Of a stretch of DNA of 64,000 nt, positions 30,610 to 39,600 are shown one piece after another (the first letter of the stretch is position 1; each line of letters starts with the position of its first letter). Location of the stretch: the NCBI GenBank assembly GCA_000092065.1, contig CP000591.1, one strand, 5' to 3'. Both the position numbers and the translations under genes were made by a program. The stretch comes from Ostreococcus lucimarinus (Eukaryota). The notes under the pieces are model-generated. The model made no database searches. It saw nothing but the letters and a program-made list of their open reading frames with translations, and had not been told where the DNA came from.

Positions 30610-33600
30610 ATGACGCGCGTCGAGCGCGTCGCGCTGCTCGGACGCGCGCGCGACGTCGAGGACGGCACGCTCGGCGCGGGAGGCGCGTTCTTCGGGACGA
30701 ACACCGCGCGCGACGGCGACGGCGACGACGACGGCGCGCGAGAGCGCGCGCGCGAGCGCGGCGGCGCGCGGCGAGGACGGGGGACGATCGCGGTGGGAGC
30801 GATGTGCGTCGCGATCGGGGTCGCGATCGGATCGGTGACGACGTCGACGCGGGAGGGAGGACGGACGACGGGCGACGTCGCGAGCGTCGGCGCGAACGCG
30901 CCGAGCGGAGCGACGAGTCGCGCGGCGCGGGGCGCGGAAGAGGCGAATTTGGGCGACGCGACGTCGTTGGCGATCGCGAGCGTTCCCGCGGATTCGTGGA
31001 TGTCGTTCTCGACGGGGAAAGTGCGAAAGCGAAAGTATCCGGATTCGTTTTATTACGTCGTCGCGCCGGAGGCGGACGAGGAGGTCGGGTATTTGGGCGC
31101 GCCGAGCGACTGGCCGACCGGGGATCGGGTGACGGTGGATCTGCACACCGGGTGCTCGCCGATCGACGCTCTGCCGTTCCAGCGTCCCGGGTTTGATTTC
31201 GACACCGTTCAGGCCCGCTTTGTGAGCAAGAAGCTCAGCATGGAGTTCATGTTTGAGGACTCGCAGCCGATGACCAAAGTCGGGTGCGGACATTTCCGGG
31301 CCACGGTAGAGCTCTCGAAAGGATGGGAGTTTGGGTTCTATCTTCATGCGAATGGCGACGACAGCGACGAGAACACGATGCTCGACATCGGGTGCGAAAC
31401 CGCGGTGCCGGGCGCCAACAACACCAAGTGTCCGGATTTCGCTTCACCGGCGATGCTCGCGACTTCGGAGTGCACGGACAAATTCGTGTGTAATCATGGT
31501 CTGTACACGTTCTGGAATCGAAGATACGATGGCGAACAAACGTCGTTCCTGTGGGGGGCTTGCGGAAGCGAGTGTCCGCACCAGGACTGCGGCCACATGT
31601 ACTGCGCGGCGAACGAGCGCGTGCAGAACCAAGCGTGCGCGTCGTGTCCGCCTGGGACGACGAACGATGCGGGCGATAAGAACGTCGGCGCCGATACGCA
31701 GTGTGATCCGGTCATCTGCGGAGCGCACATGCGCGTGCAAGATCACAACTGCGTGCAGTGCGTCGCCGGTAAGGAGAACGAAGCCGGCGACGACGCCTCA
31801 CAAAGTAACACCGAGTGCGACGCCGTCATTTGCGAGCCGAATCATCACGTGGCGGGCAATGTGTGCACGGCGTGTCCCGCCGGTCACGCGCACGCCGGCG
31901 GCGACGTGCAGCACGGCCCTGATACGTCGTGCGACGAAGTGCTTTGCCACACGAACGAGCGCGTTCTCGGCCACCAGTGCGTGGCGTGTCCTCCGGGCTC
32001 GACGAACGCCGCCGGCGACGGCGCGGCGAGCGGCGATACGCAGTGCGACCACACTATTTGTCCGGCGAACATGCACGTCGTTGGTCACGTGTGCACGCCG
32101 TGTCCACCGGGTATGAACCACCCAGGTGGCGACGACGCTTTTTTCGGCGACACGTCGTGCAGCGCCATTCTCTGCCAGTCGAATCAGCGCGTGCTGGGTC
32201 ACGCGTGCGTCAGCTGTCCGCCCGGGACGACGAACGATGCGGACGACGACGCCTCGGGTGGCGACACGCAGTGCGATCCGGTCATCTGCGGAGCGCACAT
32301 GCGCGTGCAAGATCACAACTGCGTGCAGTGCGTCGCCGGTAAGGAGAACGAAGCCGGCGACGACGCCTCACAAAGTAACACCGAGTGCGACGCCGTCATT
32401 TGCGAGCCGAATCATCACGTGGCGGGCAATGTGTGCACGGCGTGTCCCGCCGGTCACGCGCACGCCGGCGGCGACGTGCAGCACGGCCCTGATACGTCGT
32501 GCGACGAAGTGCTTTGCCACACGAACGAGCGCGTTCTCGGCCACCAGTGCGTGGCGTGTCCTCCGGGCTCGACGAACGCCGCCGGCGACGGCGCGGCGAG
32601 CGGCGATACGCAGTGCGACCACACTATTTGTCCGGCGAACACGCACGTCGTTGGTCACGTGTGCACGCCGTGTCCACCGGGTATGAACCACCCAGGTGGC
32701 GACGACGCTTTTTTCGGCGACACGTCGTGCAGCGCCATTCTCTGCCAGTCGAATCAGCGCGTGCTGGGTCACGCGTGCGTCAGCTGTCCGCCCGGGACGA
32801 CGAACGATGCGGACGACGACGCCTCGGGTGGCGACACGCAGTGTGATCCGGTCATCTGCGGAGCGCACATGCGCGTGCAAGATCACAACTGCGTGCAGTG
32901 CGTCGCCGGTAAGGAGAACGAAGCCGGTGACGACGCCTCACAAAGTAACACCGAGTGCGACGCCGTCATTTGCGAGCCGAATCATCACGTGGCGGGCAAT
33001 GTGTGCACGGCGTGTCCCGCCGGTCACGCGCACGCCGGCGGCGACGTGCAGCACGGCCCTGATACGTCGTGCGACGAAGTGCTTTGCCACACGAACGAGC
33101 GCGTTCTCGGCCACCAGTGCGTGGCGTGTCCTCCGGGCTCGACGAACGCCGCCGGCGACGGCGCGGCGAGCGGCGATACACAGTGCGACCACACTATTTG
33201 TCCGGCGAACACGCACGTCGTTGGTCACGTGTGCACGCCGTGCGCGCCGGGTCGTGACCACCCAGGTGGCGACGATGCGACTCTCGGCGACACGTCGTGC
33301 AGTGCCATCATGTGCGGGCCCAACCAGCACGTCGTGAGCCACGCTTGCACGGTGTGTCCAGCAGGAATGGTTAACGATGCGAACGACGACGCTTCGGGTG
33401 GCGACACGCATTGCGATCCGATACTGTGTCCATCGAATCAACGCGTGCAGGGTCATACGTGTGTGCAATGTGCGCCCGGGAAGACCAACGCACCCAATGA
33501 TGATGCCTCTAGGGGCGACACTGAGTGCGATATTACGTACTGCGCCGCAAATCAGCGCGTACAGGGCCATCAATGTGTCGCGTGTGCGCCCGGCACGACG

Positions 33601-36600
33601 AACGATGCCGGCGATGACGCCTCGCAAGTCGACACGCAGTGCGCTCCGATCATTTGTGGCGCACACATGCGAGTTCAAAGTCACGCGTGCGTACAGTGCG
33701 TCCCGGGTCGCGAGAACCTGGCGGGTGACGACGCCTCCGGCCAAGATACACCCTGCGATGAAATCGTGTGCGAAGAGAACCACAAGGTCGTGAGCCACCA
33801 GTGCGTGGCGTGCCCCGCGGGGAAGATACACACGGCTGGCGATGTTGCTTCGGGGCCAGACACGTCTTGCGACGCGGTGACGTGTAGCACGAACGAGCGC
33901 GTTCAAGGCCACCAGTGCGTGGCGTGTCCGGCCGGCACGACAAACGACGGCGGCGACGACGCGTCGGGTGGCGACACGCAGTGCGATCCGGTCATTTGTC
34001 CAGCACAAACGCACGTACAAAACCACGTGTGTGAGGTGTGTCCTCCCGGTCATGCGCACCCAGGTGGTGACGACGCGTCTCAAGGCGACACGCAGTGCGA
34101 CGCAGTGATGTGTGGGGCAAATTATCACGTGCAAGATCATCATTGCGTGCCATGTCCAACGGGTAAAGACAATCAAGCGAACGACAATGCCGCGGGCGCA
34201 GATACAGAGTGCGACATCATCTATTGTGCTGCCAATCAACGCGTACAAAACAACGTCTGTACCGCGTGTCCGCCCGGCACAATTAATGCAGGCGGTGATA
34301 ACGCGTTTGACCATGATACCACTTGCGATACCGTTTATTGCGGCGTGAATCAACACGTCTTTGAAAATGAATGCGTCCCTTGTCCGGCAGGGATGGTAAA
34401 CCCGTCGGGAGACGACGCCACCGGGCCCCGCACGTTTTGCGAGCCAATCATCTGCGGCGCGCACATGCACGTACAGAATCATCAGTGCGTGCAATGTGCT
34501 CCAGGTGATGAAAATTTGGCTGGCGATAGTGCCGCGCAACACGATACCACCTGCGACGAGGTCACTTGTTCTGCGAACGAGCACGTGGTGAGCCACCAAT
34601 GCACGGCGTGTCCCGCCGGTCACGCGCACGCTGGCGGCGACGTGCAGCACGGCCCTGATACGTCGTGCGACGAAGTGCTTTGCCACACGAACGAGCGCGT
34701 TCAAGGCCACCAGTGCGTGGCGTGTCCTCCGGGCTCGACGAACGCCGCCGGCGACGGCGCGGCAAGCGGCGATACGCAGTGCGACCACACTATTTGTCCG
34801 GCGAACACGCACGTCGTCGGTCACGTGTGCACGCCGTGCGCGCCAGGCTACGAACGACTTGCCGGCGACGACGCCACCGGTGGTGATACGCAATGCAGTG
34901 CTGTCTTGTGCGGCGCAAACATGCACGTGCAGAATAATTTGTGCGCGGCGTGCCCCGCTGGCACGACGAACGCCGCCGGCGACGACGCCTCGCGAGGAAA
35001 CTCGGAATGCGATCACACTATCTGCGAAGCGCACATGCGAGTGCAGAGTCATCAGTGCGTCGCGTGCATGGATGGCAAGGAAAATCTGGCGGGAGACGAT
35101 GCCGCTGGGGGGGACACACAATGCGATGAAGTCATCTGCGCTGCCGATCATCATGTATTAAACCATCAGTGTGTATCGTGCCCTTACGGTCACGCGCACG
35201 CCGGCGGCGACGTGCAGCACGGCCCTGATACGTCGTGCGACGAAGTGCTTTGCCACACGAACGAGCGCGTTCTCGGCCACCAGTGCGTGGCGTGTCCTCC
35301 GGGCTCAACGAACGCCGCCGGCGACGGCGCGGCGAGCGGCGATACGCAGTGCGACCACACTATTTGTCCGGCGAACACGCACGTCGTTGGTCACGTGTGC
35401 ACGCCGTGCGCGCCGGGTCGTGAACACCCAGCCGGCGACGACGCCACCGGTGGTGATACGCAATGCAGCGCCGTGATGTGCGGATCCAACATGCACGTCC
35501 AAAACCACGTGTGCACGGCGTGCCCGGCCGGGACGACGAACGCCGCCGGCGACGACGCTTCCGGAGCGAATACGCAGTGCGACCCAATCTTGTGTGGCGC
35601 GAACCAACACGTCTTGAATCATCAGTGCATGCAGTGCCCGCCCGGCACGCTCAATGACGCCAGCGATAGCGCTGCCGGTGGTAATACGCAGTGCGACGCC
35701 GTGCAGTGCGGCTGCAACCAACGCGTGCAGGGCCATCAATGTGTCACGTGTGCGCCCGGGACGACGAACGACGCCGGCGATGACGCCTCACAAGGCGATA
35801 CGCAGTGCGATCCGACCATCTGCGGCGCGCACATGCGAGTGCAAGATCACGCGTGCGTAGCGTGTGTGGACGGTCGAGAGAACCTGGCGGGTGACGACGC
35901 CTCACAAGGCAACACGCAGTGCGACGAAATCGTGTGCGAAGAGAACCACAAGGTCGTGAGCCACCAGTGCGTGGCGTGCCCCGCGGGGAAGATACACACG
36001 GCTGGCGATATTGCTTCGGGCCCAGACACGTCTTGCGACGCGGTGACGTGTAGCACGAACGAGCGCGTTCAAGGCCACCAGTGCGTGGCGTGTCCGGCTG
36101 GCACGACAAACGACGGCGGCGACGACGCGTCGGGTGGCGACACGCAGTGCGATATTACCCGGTGCACGGCGCACATGCACGTACAAAACCATGTGTGCGT
36201 GCAGTGCCCGGCCGGTAAAGAGAACGTCGCGGGTGATGACGCCTCTGGAGGTAACACGGAATGCGACGTCGTGCGATGCGGTGCCAACCAGCACGTCGTC
36301 GACCACGTGTGCACGGCGTGTCCGGCCGGGACGACGAACGATGAAGGCGACGACGCTTCGGGAGCGAACACGCAGTGCGATCCCGTCATCTGTGAATTGC
36401 ACATGCGAGTGCAGAATCATCAGTGCGTCGCGTGTGCGCCTGGCAAGGAGAATCTGGCGGGCGACGACGCCTCGCAAGGTAACACCGAGTGCGACGCCGT
36501 CATTTGTTCTGCGAACGAGCACGTGGTGAGCCACCAATGCACGGCGTGTCCCGCCGGTCACGCGCACGCCGGCGGCGACGTGCAGCACGGCCCTGATACG

Positions 36601-39600
36601 TCGTGCGACGAAGTGCTTTGCCACACGAACGAGCGCGTTCTCGGCCACCAGTGCGTGGCGTGTCCTCCGGGCTCAACGAACGCCGCCGGCGACGGCGCGG
36701 CGAGCGGCGATACGCAGTGCGACCACACTATTTGCCCTGCGAACACGCACGTCGTCGGTCACGCGTGCACGCCGTGTCCGCCAGGTCATGAACACCCGGC
36801 CGGCGACGACGCCACCGGTGGTGATACGCAATGCAGCGCCGTGTCGTGTGGGCCCAACATGCACGTCCAAAACCACGCGTGCACGGCGTGCCCGGCCGGG
36901 ACGACGAACGCCGCCGGCGACGACGCTTCTGGAGCGAATACGCAGTGCGATGCGACAATTTGCGCACACAACAAGCATGTTGTCAACCACGAGTGTGTTC
37001 CGTGTCCAGATGGCCATGAACACCCAGGCGTCGCTGATGCTTCTGGCTCCGATACTTCGTGTGATGTCACGCTGTGTGGCGCGAACCAACACGTCGTGAA
37101 TCATCAGTGCATGCAGTGCCCCCCCGGCACGCTCAATGACGCCAGCGATAGCGCTGCCGGTGGTAATACGCAGTGCGACACCGTGCAGTGCGGCGTCAAC
37201 CAACGCGTGCAGGGCCATCAATGTGTCACGTGTGCGCCCGGGACGACGAACGACGCCGGCGATGACGCCTCACAAGGCGATACGCAGTGCGATCCGACCA
37301 TCTGCGGCGCGCACATGCGAGTGCAAGATCACGCGTGCGTAGCGTGTGTGGACGGTCGAGAGAACCTGGCGGGTGACGACGCCTCACAAGGCAACACGCA
37401 GTGCGACGAAATCGTGTGCGAAGAGAACCACAAGGTCGTGAGCCACCAGTGCGTGGCGTGCCCCGCGGGGAAGATACACACGGCTGGCGATATTGCTTCG
37501 GGCCCAGACACGTCTTGCGACGCGGTGACGTGTAGCACGAACGAGCGCGTTCAAGGCCACCAGTGCGTGGCGTGTCCGGCTGGCACGACAAACGACGGCG
37601 GCGACGACGCGTCGGGTGGCGACACGCAGTGCGATATTACCCGGTGCACGGCGCACATGCACGTACAAAACCATGTGTGCGTGCAGTGCCCGGCCGGTAA
37701 AGAGAACGTCGCGGGTGATGACGCCTCTGGAGGTAACACGGAATGCGACGTCGTGCGATGCGGTGCCAACCAGCACGTCGTCGACCACGTGTGCACGGCG
37801 TGTCCGGCCGGGACGACGAACGATGAAGGCGACGACGCTTCGGGAGCGAACACGCAGTGCGATCCCGTCATCTGTGAATTGCACATGCGAGTGCAGAATC
37901 ATCAGTGCGTCGCGTGTGCGCCTGGCAAGGAGAACGAAGCCGGCGACGACGCCTCGCAAGGTAACACCGAGTGCGACGCCGTCATTTGTTCTGCGAACGA
38001 GCACGTGGTGAGCCACCAATGCACGGCGTGTCCCGCCGGTCACGCGCACGCCGGCGGCGACGTGCAGCACGGCCCTGATACGTCGTGCGACGAAGTGCTT
38101 TGCCACACGAACGAGCGCGTTCTCGGCCACCAGTGCGTGGCGTGTCCTCCGGGCTCAACGAACGCCGCCGGTGACGGCGCGGCGAGCGGCGATACGCAGT
38201 GCGACCACACTATTTGCCCTGCGAACACGCACGTCGTCGGTCACGCGTGCACGCCGTGTCCGCCAGGTCATGAACACCCGGCCGGCGACGACGCCACCGG
38301 TGGTGATACGCAATGCAGCGCCGTGATGTGCGGATCCAACATGCACGTCCAAAACCACGTGTGCACGGCGTGCCCGGCCGGGACGACGAACGCCGCCGGC
38401 GACGACGCTTCTGGAGCGAATACGCAGTGTGATGTCACGCTGTGCGGCGCGAACCAACACGTCGTGAATCATCAGTGCATGCAGTGCCCGCCCGGCACGC
38501 TCAATGACGCCAGCGATAGCGCTGCCGGTGGTAATACGCAGTGCGACGCCGTGCAGTGCGGCTGCAACCAACGCGTGCAGGGCCATCAATGTGTCACGTG
38601 TGCGCCCGGGACGACGAACGACGCCGGCGATGACGCCTCACAAGGCGATACGCAGTGCGATCCGACCATCTGCGGCGCGCACATGCGAGTGCAAGATCAC
38701 GCGTGCGTAGCGTGTGTGGACGGTCGAGAGAACCTGGCGGGTGACGACGCCTCACAAGGCAACACGCAGTGCGACGAAATCGTGTGCGAAGAGAACCACA
38801 AGGTCGTGAGCCACCAGTGCGTGGCGTGCCCCGCGGGGAAGATACACACGGCTGGCGATATTGCTTCGGGCCCAGACACGTCTTGCGACGCGGTGACGTG
38901 TAGCACGAACGAGCGCGTTCAAGGCCACCAGTGCGTGGCGTGTCCGGCTGGCACGACAAACGACGGCGGCGACGACGCGTCGGGTGGCGACACGCAGTGC
39001 GATATTACCCGGTGCACGGCGCACATGCACGTACAAAACCATGTGTGCGTGCAGTGCCCGGCCGGTAAAGAGAACGTCGCGGGTGATGACGCCTCTGGAG
39101 GTAACACGGAATGCGACGTCGTGCGATGCGGTGCCAACCAGCACGTCGTCGACCACGTGTGCACGGCGTGTCCGGCCGGGACGACGAACGATGAAGGCGA
39201 CGACGCTTCGGGAGCGAACACGCAGTGCGATCCCGTCATCTGTGAATTGCACATGCGAGTGCAGAATCATCAGTGCGTCGCGTGTGCGCCTGGCAAGGAG
39301 AACGAAGCCGGCGACGACGCCTCGCAAGGTAACACCGAGTGCGACGCCGTCATTTGTTCTGCGAACGAGCACGTGGTGAGCCACCAATGCACGGCGTGTC
39401 CCGCCGGTCACGCGCACGCTGGCGGCGACGTGCAGCACGGCCCTGATACGTCGTGCGACGAAGTGCTGTGCCACACGAACGAGCGCGTTCTCGGCCACCA
39501 GTGCGTGGCGTGTCCTCCGGGCTCAACGAACGCCGCCGGCGACGGCGCGGCGAGCGGCGATACGCAGTGCGACCACACCATTTGCCCTGCGAACACGCAC

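Noticed and set aside
32938-35154. Long reverse-strand ORFs across the repeat gene (e.g. 738 aa at 32938..35154; 248-aa ORFs at 35902, 37384 and 38752; many 62-121-aa ORFs repeated at 114-bp multiples)
   Set aside because: They are antisense images of the GC-rich, stop-poor cysteine-repeat gene. Their products (R/A/V/H-rich) have no domain character and they inherit their periodicity from the sense strand. They are useful only as markers of the higher-order repeats.
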